Source: Methanothermus fervidus DSM 2088 (GTDB lineage Archaea; Methanobacteriota; Methanobacteria; DSM-2088; Methanothermaceae). From it: a stretch of DNA of 32,000 nucleotides. The position numbers and the translations under genes were made by a program. The stretch spans positions 900,001-932,000 of the forward strand of contig CP002278.1 of assembly GCA_000166095.1 (NCBI GenBank), in the 5' to 3' direction. Under the pieces are notes generated by a model. That model made no database searches and was not told the origin of the DNA. It worked only from the letters and a program-made list of their open reading frames with translations. Below, in pieces: positions 17,625 through 29,063 of this stretch (position 1 is its first letter; the number at the start of each line of letters is the position of its first letter).

Positions 17625-19593
17625 ATAATTTATAATAAAATCTATTTTCTTTACAATATTCTATAAGTCTTCTGTAAGAAGGATGTACACTTAAAGTTTC
17701 TGAATCTCCAATTATAACTAATTTTCTTTTAGCCCTTGTTAATGACACGTTTAATCGTCTTAAATCTTCTAAAAATCCAATTTTTCCTTTTTTATTACTT
17801 CTTACCATTGATATTATTATTATTTCCTTTTCTCTACCTTGATAACCATCAACTGTATTTACTTCTACCTTTGCAATCTTACTGAGATAATCAACTTGAT
17901 CATCATAAGGTGTTATTATTCCAATGTCATCGGTGGAGACACCGCTTTTTATAAAGAAGTTTTGGATTAAAATACATATATCAGCTTCCAGTGGATTGTA
18001 AAGAGAAGGTGATCCTTTAAACCTTCTTTCAAATTTATTATCAAGGTCACAGGTATCTATGAATGTTAAAGGATCTCTTATTAACATTTCTTGCAATTCT
18101 TTACTTAAATTTTCATCCTTTATTTCTTTCTTTATTAAATCCTTTGGTGAAAGTTTTTCTAAACCTGCTGCACTTTTTATTTTTCCATTGTAGAATTCAT
18201 TATTTGGAAATTCCATTAATTTTGGATTCATTCTATATTGATATTCTAGCATATGAGATTTTGAAGGATATTTACTTATTAATATTGAAAATAATGTCTT
18301 TTCTAATTCTTTAGCATCAGGATTTAAAATTGTAGGTGGTAATTGACGATGATCACCCGCTAATATGAAACGTGGGGCTCTAGAAAGTGGAATAAGCACG
18401 CTTGGAATTGTTGCTTGGGATGCTTCATCAACTATTACAACATCAAATTCAACATCTCTTAAATATTCAAGATATACTGATGAATTTGTTGATAAAACAA
18501 CATCAGATTCTTCAATTATGTTTTCTACAATTCTATTTTCTATTTCATCAATTTTATTATATAATTCAGTTATTCTATTGTTTATTCTTATCCAATTTGC
18601 CATTGATATCATGACATTAGGTGATATTCCACGTACACCTCTTCTCCTTCTGGCATTTCGAATTATTTGCCTATCACTTAATCCACGTCTTAATGCTGGT
18701 GTTGGTTTATGATATCTATCTCTTTCCTTAGTTAGCTTATCAATTTTCTTTTGCAACCTTTCAATTTTGGAATATTTAGGATGTTCTTCAACTTGGAATG
18801 CTAAAGTACGTTCTATATTCTTTTTGGATACTCTTTGTGGATGACCCACTCTTACACATTTCATATTTTCAGGAAGTCTTTCAAGTATGTTGTCAACTGC
18901 AATGTTACTTTCTGCTGTGACAAGCACTTTATTACCTCTTTTGACTTCTTGTTTGATGATTTCTAAAATAGTCCTTGTTTTTCCTGTACCAAATGGCCCA
19001 TGAATCAAGAAAAAGTCTTTAGTTGCTAAAGCTTTAGATATTGCTTCTATTTGTGATTCATTTAATTTTTTATCTATAAGTTCGAACTCTTCTTTTTTAA
19101 TATCTAAATCAGGGGTAGCTTCATCAAGGATGTAAGATAAAACTTTGATTGTGTTCTCATTTAAGTTTTTTAAATTATCAATCATTCTCCTGAAAGTTAT
19201 ATCATTTGCATAGAGGTCAATTCTTACATTTTTTAATGCCCATTTAGGAACATCTTCTAATGCAACTGTTATAAATCGGTTACCTTTTTCAGCGACGGTC
19301 CCTACTAAATCACTGTAAAGAGGATTTCCCTTACTTATTAAAACTAAATCACCAACTTTTATTTCAGTTTCAATTTCTTTTCTACGTCCATATCTCACAA
19401 GTGTAAAACCTAATTCCCTTCCTAATATTTTTCCATTGAGATTGTTTATAGCCCTGCCTACCTTTTCTCTCTCCCGGGCTGAAAGCCTTGCCATTTCAGC
19501 TCTCATGGCTTCTATTTCTGCTTCTCTTTCCATTTCAACAAGTCTTATAAGCTTTCTAACATAATTTTTTATTTTTCTCTTTATTCTAACCAT
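17593..19593 (-). CDS. SF1B helicase, DNA2/NAM7/IGHMBP2-like
   Basis: FFLIHGPFGTGKTRTILEII, TAESNIAVDNI, VIVDEASQATIP, LAGDHRQLPPTI, YRMNPKLMEFPN, VNTVDGYQGREKEIIIISMVRSN, NVSLTRAKRKLVIIGD. Confidence 0.9.
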   Translation of the reverse strand: MVRIKRKIKNYVRKLIRLVEMEREAEIEAMRAEMARLSAREREKVGRAINNLNGKILGRELGFTLVRYGRRKEIETEIKVGDLVLISKGNPLYSDLVGTVAEKGNRFITVALEDVPKWALKNVRIDLYANDITFRRMIDNLKNLNENTIKVLSYILDEATPDLDIKKEEFELIDKKLNESQIEAISKALATKDFFLIHGPFGTGKTRTILEIIKQEVKRGNKVLVTAESNIAVDNILERLPENMKCVRVGHPQRVSKKNIERTLAFQVEEHPKYSKIERLQKKIDKLTKERDRYHKPTPALRRGLSDRQIIRNARRRRGVRGISPNVMISMANWIRINNRITELYNKIDEIENRIVENIIEESDVVLSTNSSVYLEYLRDVEFDVVIVDEASQATIPSVLIPLSRAPRFILAGDHRQLPPTILNPDAKELEKTLFSILISKYPSKSHMLEYQYRMNPKLMEFPNNEFYNGKIKSAAGLEKLSPKDLIKKEIKDENLSKELQEMLIRDPLTFIDTCDLDNKFERRFKGSPSLYNPLEADICILIQNFFIKSGVSTDDIGIITPYDDQVDYLSKIAKVEVNTVDGYQGREKEIIIISMVRSNKKGKIGFLEDLRRLNVSLTRAKRKLVIIGDSETLSVHPSYRRLIEYCKENRFYYKLSKTILPVSSA

Positions 19594-19602
19594 GGTTTTA
19601 CC

Positions 19603-20250
19603 TCAGAAAGGAGGATAATTACCAAAAAATTCCCTTGCATACTCTCTGGCTATTTCAACTTGTTTTGGATATTCTTTATACATTTTATTTTCTAAATCTT
19701 TACGATTTTTTGACGTTACTATATATTTCAATATCTTTACATATTTACTCAACTGTTCACAAGAACAAGGCATTTCCAAAGTTATACATACATCTTTTTT
19801 CTTAAAATATTTTGTCCTTATATGTGGTGAAACAGATCCTATCAATATTCCATCTTCCAATTCTATGAGTGGTGGTACGCCATATTTCCATCTTCTTTCC
19901 GGGTCTACAAGTTTTTTATAGTTTTTAGGGTTATAACAATGCGCTTCAACATATATTCTGGGTTTATACTTAAGTATTAAATGAATTAAATATTTTCCTA
20001 TTGGTGTTTGATAATATTCTTCACATAAAGTACTAATATACCTACTTTTATCTCCATTGTAAATAATGACTTTTCCATCTTCTACAATGTTTGGAGTTAT
20101 CTTTCTTAATGCATGTATTGTTACTTCTGATTCTTCTCCATGCAATCCGCCTACGAAAAGCCTGACTGGTTTTGAACTTTTCTGGATCATTCTGAAAAAA
20201 CTCAAAATAACACCTAAAAATTGAGGTTTGTTTAGGTTCCTTCTTCCCAA
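19603..20250 (-). CDS. DUF2119-like methanogen protein
   Basis: [23 protein letters not shown]..., [28 protein letters not shown]. The true start is probably downstream of 20250, for example TTG about 20205 behind AGGTG. Confidence 0.65.
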   Translation of the reverse strand: MGRRNLNKPQFLGVILSFFRMIQKSSKPVRLFVGGLHGEESEVTIHALRKITPNIVEDGKVIIYNGDKSRYISTLCEEYYQTPIGKYLIHLILKYKPRIYVEAHCYNPKNYKKLVDPERRWKYGVPPLIELEDGILIGSVSPHIRTKYFKKKDVCITLEMPCSCEQLSKYVKILKYIVTSKNRKDLENKMYKEYPKQVEIAREYAREFFGNYPPF

Positions 20251-21485
20251 CTTGAAAGATATTTCTTTTGTTTTTCAGTGAGTTTATCAATGCTTATTCC
20301 CATGGCTTCTAATTTTAATTTAGCTACTCTAGTATCTATTTCTTCTGGAACGTTATATACACCGATATCTAATTCATTCTCAGATAAATATAAAACTGAC
20401 AAGGCTTGAAGAGAAAAACTTATATCCATAATTTCTGATGGATGTCCCTGACCTCTACTTGATGCAAGATTTACAAGCCTTCCTTCTGCAAGGAGATATA
20501 ACCTTCTACCGTCCTCAAGAACAAACTCTTCAATATCTTCATTAATTTTTTTATGTGAAATAGAAATATCAATTAAATCATTGCGGTTTATCTCAACATT
20601 GAAGTGGCCAGAATTTGCTAATATACATCCGTCCTTCATGTTTTCAAATTCTTTTCTAGTAACAACATCTATATTGCCAGTTGCAGTTATGAGAATATCA
20701 GCATATTTTACTGCATCACTGATTTTCATTACTCTAAATCCATCCATTCTAGCTTCTAAAGCCCTTATTGGATCAACTTCTGTTACAATTACTTCAGCTC
20801 CTAAACCCTTAGCTCTAAGTGCTATACCTTTACCACACCATCCATATCCACACACTACAACAGTTTTTCCGGCTATTAGCATGTTTGTTGTACCCATAAT
20901 CGCATCAAATGTAGATTGTCCAGTTCCATACCTATTATCAAAAAGATATTTTGTTTTGGCATTGTTTACGGCAATTACTGGAAACTTTAGTTCACCATCC
21001 TTATTCATAGCTTTTAATCGTTGGATACCTGTGGTTGTTTCTTCAGATGCGCCTCTTATATTTTTGATGAGTTCTCTTCTTTCCCTATGAACTAAAAATA
21101 TCATATCAGCTCCATCATCGATCAATATATCTGGTTCATGATCAAGAACTCTATGAATGTTCTCATAGTATTCCTCTGTAGTTTCATGTCTCCATCCATA
21201 TATATTAAGACCCAAGGATGCTCCTGCTGCTGCAGCATCGTCTTGAGTTGACAATGGGTTGCAGCCAGTCATTGCAACTTCTGCTCCACCTTCCATCAAT
21301 GTTAATCCTAAATTAATGGTCTTTGGTTCTAAATGTAAACAACTACCTATAGTGATTCCTTCCAGTGGTTTTTTATCTCTAAATTCTTTTTTTATCTTTT
21401 CTAACACAGGCATATGTCTTTGGACCCATTTTATTCTTTTTTTACCTTTTGGAGCTAAAGAAATATCTCTAACTTTATATGACAT
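20232..21485 (-). CDS. ahcY: Adenosylhomocysteinase family (S-adenosyl/S-inosylhomocysteine hydrolase)
   Basis: [85 protein letters not shown]. Confidence 0.95.
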   Translation of the reverse strand: MSYKVRDISLAPKGKKRIKWVQRHMPVLEKIKKEFRDKKPLEGITIGSCLHLEPKTINLGLTLMEGGAEVAMTGCNPLSTQDDAAAAGASLGLNIYGWRHETTEEYYENIHRVLDHEPDILIDDGADMIFLVHRERRELIKNIRGASEETTTGIQRLKAMNKDGELKFPVIAVNNAKTKYLFDNRYGTGQSTFDAIMGTTNMLIAGKTVVVCGYGWCGKGIALRAKGLGAEVIVTEVDPIRALEARMDGFRVMKISDAVKYADILITATGNIDVVTRKEFENMKDGCILANSGHFNVEINRNDLIDISISHKKINEDIEEFVLEDGRRLYLLAEGRLVNLASSRGQGHPSEIMDISFSLQALSVLYLSENELDIGVYNVPEEIDTRVAKLKLEAMGISIDKLTEKQKKYLSSWEEGT

Positions 21486-21493
21486 TCAAACAC

Positions 21494-23692
21494 CTATCTA
21501 TATTGTATTTGTTCTTCCCTAGCTTTTTTCTGGGGCTTTATTTTTTCAATTGCCTTCTTAAAGTTTTTCATTGGCACTTCTTCTGCATCAAGATTTTCTC
21601 TTAAAGTCATTAATGCGGCTTCTCTACATACAGCTTCTATGTCAGCCCCAACAAATCCTTCGGTCATTTCTGCTAATTTTTCTAAATCAACATCATCTGC
21701 TAATGGCATATTACGTGTGTGTACTTTAAATATTTTAAGTCTTGTTTCTTTATCAGGTTTGCCAATTTTTATTTGTCTATCAAATCTACCAGGTCTTAAT
21801 AATGCTGGATCAATTATGTCAGGCCTATTTGTAGCTGCTAATACTACTACATCTTCTAGTTCTTCTAAACCATCAATTTCTGTTAACAATTGATTTACAA
21901 CCCTTTGTGTAACACCAGAATCAGCAGAAATACCAGTTCTTGTAGATGCTATTGCGTCTATTTCATCAAAGAAAACTATTGTTGGTGCAGTTTGTCTAGC
22001 CTTTCTAAATACTTCTCTAACACCTTTCTCAGATTCTCCCACCCATTTTGATAACAATTCAGGACCCTTTATTGCAATGAAGTTTGCACCACTTTCATTT
22101 GCAACAGCCTTTGCTAGCAATGTCTTTCCAGTTCCAGGTGGTCCATATAGGAGTACACCTTTTGGAGGTTTAATTCCAAATTTTTTGAATTTTTCTGGAT
22201 ATTTAAGTGGCCATTCTACAGTTTCTCTTAACTCTTGTTTTACGTCTTCTAAACCTCCCACATCATCCCAGGTTACATTGGGCACTTGTACTGTCACTTC
22301 TCTTAATGCAGAAGGTTGGATTTCTTTTAGAGCGTTTTTGAAATCTTCCCTTGTAACCACCATTTCTTTAAGCACTTCTCTAGGTACCTTCTCCTTACCT
22401 TTTATTTTAGGTAATATTCTTCTCAATACTCTCATTGCAGCTTCTTTACAAAGAGCTTCTAAATCTGCCCCAACAAATCCATGAGTTACATCTGCAAGTT
22501 CATCTAAATCAACATCATCTGCTAATGGCATGCCTCGAGTATGTATTTCTAAAATTTCCTTTCTTTCATCTCTGTCAGGCACTCCAATTTCTATTTCTCT
22601 ATCAAACCTTCCAGGTCTTCTTAATGCAGGATCCAATGCATCTGGCCTGTTTGTTGCACCGATGACTATTACTTGTCCTCTTGCTTTTAGACCATCCATA
22701 AGTGTGAGCAATTGTGCCACAATTCTTCTTTCAACTTCACCAGTTACTTCTTCTCTTTTAGGCGCTATTGCATCGATTTCATCTATGAATATAATTGATG
22801 GTGCATTTTCTTCTGCTTCTTTGAATATTTCTCTCAATCTTTCTTCAGATCCACCAACATATTTACTCATGATTTCAGGACCATTTATTGCGATGAAATG
22901 AGCATCACTTTCATTTGCAACAGCCTTTGCTAGCAATGTCTTTCCAGTTCCAGGTGGTCCATGCAAGAGAACTCCTTTTGGAGGTTCTATACCTAACCTT
23001 TCAAACAATTCAGGATTTTTTAAAGGTATTTCTATCATTTCTCTTACTTTTTGTATAGCTTCCTTCATTCCACCAATATCTTCATAAGTTACGTCAGTAA
23101 GACTTTTAATACCTTCTATTTCACTTACATCTACAGGTTTTGACTGAATTTCTACATCTGTTGTATCTGTTACACGAACAATTCCTGGAGGTTTTGTTGA
23201 TACCACTGCAAATCTTATTTCACCTAAAGGAGATAAATCCATCATTTCTTTAAATATTTCTTCAAAGAACCCTCCACCAAGTCCGCTTATGCTAGGTCTT
23301 AAACTGGAGACTATTATATCTCCCTTTGTTAAGATTCTATTAATAAATGCAGATCTCACATCTCCACGAACCATTACATGCTGATCTATTGGAGCTAAAA
23401 CAACTTTTTCAGCTTCCTTTACTTCAGCTTTTCTTATTTTTACTTCATCGCCTATTGAGGCTCCTGCATTTTTCCTAATATATCCATCCATTCTTATTAC
23501 ATTTAATCCTACATCAGTTTCTGATGGACGTACTATAGCTCCAGTAACTTTTTTACCTTCTATTTCTATTACATCGCCCTCTCGTACGCCCAATTTTTCC
23601 ATAAGTTTTGGATCAAGCCTAACTATTGATTTTCCAACATCTGATTGTGATAATGCTTCCGCAACTTTAGCTTTAACTTCATTCTTCTCCAT
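21494..23692 (-). CDS. CDC48/VCP-like AAA ATPase, two AAA domains
   Basis: N-terminal double-psi barrel [20 protein letters not shown]; two Walker A copies [18 protein letters not shown]; [10 protein letters not shown] and [10 protein letters not shown]. Track start 23704; ATG at 23692 (MEKNEVKAK) is the likelier start. Confidence 0.95.
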   Translation of the reverse strand: MEKNEVKAKVAEALSQSDVGKSIVRLDPKLMEKLGVREGDVIEIEGKKVTGAIVRPSETDVGLNVIRMDGYIRKNAGASIGDEVKIRKAEVKEAEKVVLAPIDQHVMVRGDVRSAFINRILTKGDIIVSSLRPSISGLGGGFFEEIFKEMMDLSPLGEIRFAVVSTKPPGIVRVTDTTDVEIQSKPVDVSEIEGIKSLTDVTYEDIGGMKEAIQKVREMIEIPLKNPELFERLGIEPPKGVLLHGPPGTGKTLLAKAVANESDAHFIAINGPEIMSKYVGGSEERLREIFKEAEENAPSIIFIDEIDAIAPKREEVTGEVERRIVAQLLTLMDGLKARGQVIVIGATNRPDALDPALRRPGRFDREIEIGVPDRDERKEILEIHTRGMPLADDVDLDELADVTHGFVGADLEALCKEAAMRVLRRILPKIKGKEKVPREVLKEMVVTREDFKNALKEIQPSALREVTVQVPNVTWDDVGGLEDVKQELRETVEWPLKYPEKFKKFGIKPPKGVLLYGPPGTGKTLLAKAVANESGANFIAIKGPELLSKWVGESEKGVREVFRKARQTAPTIVFFDEIDAIASTRTGISADSGVTQRVVNQLLTEIDGLEELEDVVVLAATNRPDIIDPALLRPGRFDRQIKIGKPDKETRLKIFKVHTRNMPLADDVDLEKLAEMTEGFVGADIEAVCREAALMTLRENLDAEEVPMKNFKKAIEKIKPQKKAREEQIQYR

Positions 23693-23990
23693 GCCTATCA
23701 CCACTTTATTTTGTTATGTGAGTTCTTATTGATAATTTTTAGTAAAATTTTGTAACTATAATATACTTTAACATATTAATTATATATATTTTTAATTTTT
23801 TGTAAAAAATTGCATAACACTTCTAAAATTTTTCATAATTTTAGTATTTCGAATTATTTGAAGAAAAATAAAAGAAATTTGTCATCGTTTTATACTTTTT
23901 TCTTAAATGTTTTTACATATTTATAAGTCGAAAATTATATTATGTACATATCGTTTATATAAAAATGAAAATCAAGAAGGAGGTGAAAAA

Positions 23991-26363
23991 TTGTCAAGAA
24001 AAATTTTGGCAATAGCTTTACTAGTGACATTCATAAGTTTGACTTTAGGAACAGCTACAGCATCAGAAGTATATGACATTTCCAAACAAATAGTGATGGA
24101 TGCAAAAAACAAACTGAACATTGATAACAACAGCCAATGTTTGGTAATAACCACAGCAGGAAGTGCCAGATACAAAAATGAAAATACTGTAGATGGAATA
24201 CAAGCTGTAGTTGATCATATGCCATCTGCAAGATTAGGTAAAGGAAACATTCTAACATTGTATAAATATGGAAACTTAGAGTTTACATTTGTAAAAAAAG
24301 AAGACAAAGAATTGTATGCAATAAAATATTATGTTGATGATTCTGGAATCAAAAGTACTCCAAAGTTAAATATTGGATTCAACATTGACGAAAATCAGTT
24401 CAATGTAGCTAAAAATTATTTAGGATACGACACTATAACAATAGCGTGGGCATGGGCATCAGGTGCACCTCCAGATCTTTTAGAGATAGCAACTACCACA
24501 TGGAGTATAAGACCTCAAACAATAGCCGATTATGCCATCACAAAACATTATATAGCTAACTTTAACCCCAGTGAAACAATACTTATAAGTAAATCTGGAA
24601 ATTATGATGATGATGCAGCATTGCACTTAGTTGGCAATAGATTGCATGCTGTATATAAATATGAAGGTCCAGACGATGAAAAAGTGTTCATTGCATATGA
24701 TTACCCATCTTGTGTAGTAGTTCATTACAAAGAAAAAATAAGCAAAACAAGGCCAGAGAGCCTTGAAGAACTTAAAGAAATGATAGCATGCATTGAAAAA
24801 TTAAAAACAAATCCATCATCATTATTCTCAATTAAATATCTTAAGACTGGAAATTCAAATGATGCAGCTTATTTAGCTAAAAATGGAATAGACGAGAATT
24901 ATATATCCAAACTTAATAATGCCAACATAGAATTACATGAACCAAAAATAGCAGAGGTAAATTATGATAAATATTACAATCTTGGTAAAGAAATTTTCAA
25001 CAAAGTTTATAAGGTAGGATTATTTACAACTGAAGACATTAACGCTGGCAAAGTCACTGTAGTTTTACCTCCTTACTACAGTGTTTACAGTGGAACAAAT
25101 GAATATATTGCTGGATTAATAGACGGAATCATTGATGCTGCAAAAGAATTTGGTGCTGTATTCCCAATTAGAAATATTTTCCAAATAGATAACAAATGGT
25201 ATGATTGGATTGGCAGTCAAATATCTATAATATTTGCAAAATCTGAAAATGAGAGATTTTTAACCACTAATAAGCTAGAAGACCTTAAAATACAAGGCGT
25301 GTTTGTAACGATTAAACCTCCAAAGATTGAAGTTAGTGAAATTCGTGACATAAGTCCTGCTAACGATCCTTCTCCAGTAGCTAAATATGGTTTTGAAGAT
25401 CCATTAAAGATGATTTTTGCTTGGAGCATGGGCTCACCATATGAGTATCTATGGATATATCAACGTTCAGGACGTTCATATACATGGGAAGATTATGATA
25501 TTGTATTAGCATTAGAACCATGGAAAATCAATGATGGAAATCTTATTTTAATAGCACCTATAGGGGAATGGGAATGGAGCAGCGATGCTTTACTCAGGGT
25601 AATAGGATACGGTGTATCACCTTCCAGAGGTACCTACTTCTCATATACCATAACACAGCCAGTTGAAAGTCTTACAAATATCTATAGAATAATAGGTATT
25701 CCCAATACAATAAAATTAATTACTTATGATAAAAGTAAAATTGCCAAACTTGTTTCTGCACGAGGATTCACGTGTTCTATAGGAAATCAACTGTATCGTT
25801 CACTTTATCTTTGGAACAACAAAGAAGATTCTAAAGATTTCAAAGATGCCATATTTACTACTGAAATTAAACAAATATCTATTGAAGAGATATTGAAGTC
25901 ACAAGATCCTGTAGCTTTATTATTAGCTCCACCTACTCTAACTCCTACACCCACTCTATCTCCAATTCCAACACCTACACCAACAGTACCGCCAACTCCA
26001 TCTCCAATTTCCACACTTACTCCAACTTCAACCTTTATATCTACGCCAACCCCCATATCAATAGTGTTACCAACCCCAATTCCTACGCCAATGCTTATAC
26101 CAGCAGCCATGCCAACAACGGTGTCAAACCTGGCTTTATCAGCGTCTTTACCTACATTACCAACTTCTACACCAACAAAAACTGTTAAAAAAATAATTAA
26201 ACCAACGACAATGACAAAAATTGCTCCAAAAACTAGTAAAAACTTGAATACAGTGATATTGTATGTTGCCACATTAACAGCAATACTGGCAGTTGTCTAT
26301 GGCATAACCTACCTTATAAAACGTAGAAAGGAATTAATATTGCGTACAGAACCTGGAAAATAA
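23991..26363 (+). CDS. Secreted, C-terminally TM-anchored surface protein with internal duplication and Pro/Thr-rich stalk
   Basis: TTG at 23991 behind AAGGAGGTG gives signal peptide MSRKILAIALLVTFISLTLGTATAS. Extracellular region, then PTPTPTVPPTPSP stalk (about 25925-26215), then VILYVATLTAILAVVYGITYLIKRRK. Track start is 23907. Confidence 0.8.
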   Translation: MSRKILAIALLVTFISLTLGTATASEVYDISKQIVMDAKNKLNIDNNSQCLVITTAGSARYKNENTVDGIQAVVDHMPSARLGKGNILTLYKYGNLEFTFVKKEDKELYAIKYYVDDSGIKSTPKLNIGFNIDENQFNVAKNYLGYDTITIAWAWASGAPPDLLEIATTTWSIRPQTIADYAITKHYIANFNPSETILISKSGNYDDDAALHLVGNRLHAVYKYEGPDDEKVFIAYDYPSCVVVHYKEKISKTRPESLEELKEMIACIEKLKTNPSSLFSIKYLKTGNSNDAAYLAKNGIDENYISKLNNANIELHEPKIAEVNYDKYYNLGKEIFNKVYKVGLFTTEDINAGKVTVVLPPYYSVYSGTNEYIAGLIDGIIDAAKEFGAVFPIRNIFQIDNKWYDWIGSQISIIFAKSENERFLTTNKLEDLKIQGVFVTIKPPKIEVSEIRDISPANDPSPVAKYGFEDPLKMIFAWSMGSPYEYLWIYQRSGRSYTWEDYDIVLALEPWKINDGNLILIAPIGEWEWSSDALLRVIGYGVSPSRGTYFSYTITQPVESLTNIYRIIGIPNTIKLITYDKSKIAKLVSARGFTCSIGNQLYRSLYLWNNKEDSKDFKDAIFTTEIKQISIEEILKSQDPVALLLAPPTLTPTPTLSPIPTPTPTVPPTPSPISTLTPTSTFISTPTPISIVLPTPIPTPMLIPAAMPTTVSNLALSASLPTLPTSTPTKTVKKIIKPTTMTKIAPKTSKNLNTVILYVATLTAILAVVYGITYLIKRRKELILRTEPGK
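25925..26215 (+). repeat. Low-complexity Pro/Thr/Ser-encoding stalk region
   Basis: Translated PPTLTPTPTLSPIPTPTPTVPPTPSPISTLTPTSTFISTPTPIS...; repeated cca/act/cct codons. Confidence 0.85.
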
Positions 26364-26402
26364 ATTTTTTCTTCTTCTTTTAAATTTTTAGGAGGTGAAA
26401 TA

Positions 26403-28241
26403 ATGAGAAAAATGTTTATTCCGACACTGTTCTTCTTAAGTCTCTTGCTTGTGAATACAGCTCATGCCGCCAAAGTTGTATATGTCCATGAAAATGGTAG
26501 TGACATATATGATGGTAGTTCTTGGACTCATGCCTTGAAAACATTGAATAAAAGTATTGATATTGTGGAAAATGGTGGGATTATATATGCCTGTGGAAAA
26601 TTTCAGGCGAGCAATATAACAATAAATAAAAATTTAAGTATTGTTGGTAAAAACACGACAATATTTGATGGAAGTGGGAGTGGAATTTTGGAAATAACTC
26701 CAGGAAACACTGTTAAACTGGTTAATTTAATATTTGTAAATGGTAATAGGACAGAAGGCGGAGCAATAATTAATAAAGGATGTTTAATAATTGAAAATTG
26801 TACTTTTATAAATAACACGGCAATATATGGAGGGGCTATTAGAAGTTATGGCAACTTAACAATTAAAAATTCATTGTTTAAAAGTAATGTGGCATTTACA
26901 GATGAAGGTCGTGGGGGAGCAATTAACTGTGATGGAGCCCAAGAAACTAAAATAGAAAATTGTGAATTTTGGGATGGCATTGCTCCTCATAACGGCGGTG
27001 CTATATATGGTTGGCAATCAGGATATATTTATATAAAAAATTGTAAATTTGTTCGAAATAAGGCTCCAAATCCTGCTCATGGCGGTGCAATTTACGTTAG
27101 ATGGACAAATGTTGTGATAGAAAATTCTGAATTTATAAACAATACAGCAGAAGTTGGAGGAGCATTAAGAAATCATGATGGAGTAATGAAAATAGTAAAT
27201 TGTACATTTATAGGCAATATTGCAAGTGGTTGGAAAAAAAGAGGTCCAATAGGCGGTGCATTAGAAAATGGTCTTAATATGACAATAGAGAATTCTACAT
27301 TCATAAATAATTTTGCAGAAAAACAAGGGGGAGCGATTAATAATTATGGTACACTAATAATTAAAGGCTGCAGTTTTCTTAATAATAAATCTCCTAGAGG
27401 ATCAGCGATTTATAATAGCAATGGAACTTTAACAGTTTCATTTTCAAGATTCGTTGACAATGAAGGAGACGTTGATATAAATTCTACAAATCAAAATGTA
27501 ACCGCTGAATTAAATTGGTGGGGTCAAAATAATCCTGACTTTAGTAAAAGAGTGGCAGGGTTTAATGTTACAAAATGGTTAGTACTTAAAGTAATTCCAA
27601 TACCTGAAAGATCTGAAATTAAAGTGTCAATCACAAGTGATAATTATGGAAACCAATATGACCCCAAAGATGGCTGTATTCCACCAACACCAGTGTTGTT
27701 TAAATTAGATCCATCTTCAAATGCTAGTGGAATTTTAAAACCAGAATACTGTCTTACAGACAATGGAGAATGCATAAGTAAATTTATAACAATAAAGCCA
27801 GGAACTGCTATCATAACAACTACAGTAGACCATGAAACTATTAGTACAAGGATGGAAGCATCAATCCAAAACAAAACCTTCACAATAACCCTAACAAACT
27901 TAGGAAAATCAACAATAACCATAAAATATTACATCTCAATCTACACAAATCCAGTTAATGGAACTAAAGTCAGCTATAGAGAATTAACAATAACTCTAAA
28001 GCCAAATGAAACAAAAACAATAGAGTTAGGTAAATATCCATTTAAATATGCAGTATCTGGAACAATGATTGTCAAAAATCCATCAAGATATAGAATTCCA
28101 TTAAATCTAAGAATAAAATATGAAATTGAGGGATTGAATCCACAGATGAGGGAGATAAGTAAATACATAGCTCCAAGGGGAGAATTTAGGTATATAGCTA
28201 GATATACAGGGAAAGAAGAAGGATATGCTGATGTTTGGTGA
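26403..28241 (+). CDS. Secreted right-handed beta-helix/adhesin-like protein
   Basis: Signal peptide [23 protein letters not shown]; repeated IxNCTFxNNTAxYGGAIxxxGxLTIxNSxF units; C-terminal Ig/Big-like portion; RBS AGGAGGTGA. No C-terminal TM segment seen. Confidence 0.85.
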   Translation: MRKMFIPTLFFLSLLLVNTAHAAKVVYVHENGSDIYDGSSWTHALKTLNKSIDIVENGGIIYACGKFQASNITINKNLSIVGKNTTIFDGSGSGILEITPGNTVKLVNLIFVNGNRTEGGAIINKGCLIIENCTFINNTAIYGGAIRSYGNLTIKNSLFKSNVAFTDEGRGGAINCDGAQETKIENCEFWDGIAPHNGGAIYGWQSGYIYIKNCKFVRNKAPNPAHGGAIYVRWTNVVIENSEFINNTAEVGGALRNHDGVMKIVNCTFIGNIASGWKKRGPIGGALENGLNMTIENSTFINNFAEKQGGAINNYGTLIIKGCSFLNNKSPRGSAIYNSNGTLTVSFSRFVDNEGDVDINSTNQNVTAELNWWGQNNPDFSKRVAGFNVTKWLVLKVIPIPERSEIKVSITSDNYGNQYDPKDGCIPPTPVLFKLDPSSNASGILKPEYCLTDNGECISKFITIKPGTAIITTTVDHETISTRMEASIQNKTFTITLTNLGKSTITIKYYISIYTNPVNGTKVSYRELTITLKPNETKTIELGKYPFKYAVSGTMIVKNPSRYRIPLNLRIKYEIEGLNPQMREISKYIAPRGEFRYIARYTGKEEGYADVW

Positions 28242-28278
28242 TTCTTTTTTTATTTTTTTAAATTTTGTGGTGATAAAA

Positions 28279-29055
28279 TTGGAAATTGATTGGAATGAAT
28301 TGTGGAAAGAAAAAATAAAAATTTATTCTAAAAATATTGATTGGGATTCACGAGCTAAAAAATTTAATAAAGCTATAAAATGCAATAATGATTATTCAAT
28401 CAATGTGTTAAAAAGAATTAAATTAGATCCAGAATGGAGTGTTCTTGATGTTGGATGTGGTCCTGGAACTCTTGCAATACCAATAGCAAAAGAAGTTAAG
28501 CATGTCACAGCAGTTGATATCTCTAAAGAAATGTTAAAGCTACTAAAAAAGAATGCTGAAAAAGAAGGTATATCAAACATAAATATTGTAAATGCTGATT
28601 TTAAAGACATTGACATTGAAAAAATAAAACCTCATGACGTTGTAATTGCCTCAAGGTTTTGTGGATTAACCGGTGACTTAAAATACGAATTAAAAAAGTT
28701 GGATTCATTAGCAAAAAAATATGTTTATATAACTTCATTAGCACAAGACAGAAAATTAAATCTTAAAATTTATAAAGCATTAGGCAAGCCTATTTTTCCA
28801 ACTTATATATTTATCTACAATGTCCTGTATCAACTAGGAATTTTTGCAAATGTTGAAATATTTGATTCTAAAATCTACCAGGTTTTTAAAAATATAGATG
28901 AGGCTGTGAATGATTGGAAATGGTTTATGAAACTAAATAAAAAAGAAGAAAAAATTTTAAGGAATATAATATCTTCAAATCTTAAAAAAACTCAAAATGG
29001 TTTTATTTATCAAGACAAAGTTAAGTGGGCATTAATTTGGTGGAGAAAGTTGTAG
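28279..29055 (+). CDS. Class I SAM-dependent methyltransferase
   Basis: WSVLDVGCGPGTLAIPIAKEVKHVTAVDISKEMLKLLKKNAEKEG. Track start 28225; TTG at 28279 behind GTGGTGAT is the likely start. Confidence 0.8.
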   Translation: MEIDWNELWKEKIKIYSKNIDWDSRAKKFNKAIKCNNDYSINVLKRIKLDPEWSVLDVGCGPGTLAIPIAKEVKHVTAVDISKEMLKLLKKNAEKEGISNINIVNADFKDIDIEKIKPHDVVIASRFCGLTGDLKYELKKLDSLAKKYVYITSLAQDRKLNLKIYKALGKPIFPTYIFIYNVLYQLGIFANVEIFDSKIYQVFKNIDEAVNDWKWFMKLNKKEEKILRNIISSNLKKTQNGFIYQDKVKWALIWWRKL

Positions 29056-29063
29056 TAACTACA
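29051..29063. promoter_or_regulatory. Perfect 13-nt dyad TGTAGTAACTACA, candidate operator
   Basis: TGTAGT-A-ACTACA; a related TTGTAGTAA half-site recurs at about 29129-29137, just before the ribosome-binding site of the HTH-ferredoxin gene. Confidence 0.3.

Noticed and set aside
18063-18712. Three plus-strand ORFs inside the helicase gene
   Set aside because: All lie antisense to conserved helicase motifs and have hydrophobic/low-complexity translations typical of shadow ORFs.
20581-21090. 169 aa plus-strand ORF
   Set aside because: Antisense to adenosylhomocysteinase, which is strongly conserved on the minus strand.
21639-22901. Several plus-strand ORFs opposite the CDC48 AAA domains, with near-duplicate pieces ([14 protein letters not shown]..., KRVCIS...)
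   Set aside because: Antisense images of the two homologous AAA domains, which also explains their mutual similarity.
25805-26272. 155 aa minus-strand ORF (GVGVGIGDRVGVGVRV-rich)
   Set aside because: It is the antisense reading of the Pro/Thr-rich stalk; its low-complexity GVGVG sequence is a by-product of the repeated codons.
26800-27500. Imperfect repeats in DNA (AAAATTGTA... GGCGGTGC...) as a possible CRISPR or tandem array
   Set aside because: These are the coding repeats of the beta-helix protein; no constant spacer/repeat structure.
28241-28280. T-rich stretch CTTTTTTTTTATTTTTTTAAATTTT as a regulatory element
   Set aside because: Looks like an ordinary archaeal poly-T terminator after the beta-helix gene; without transcript data I do not claim more.
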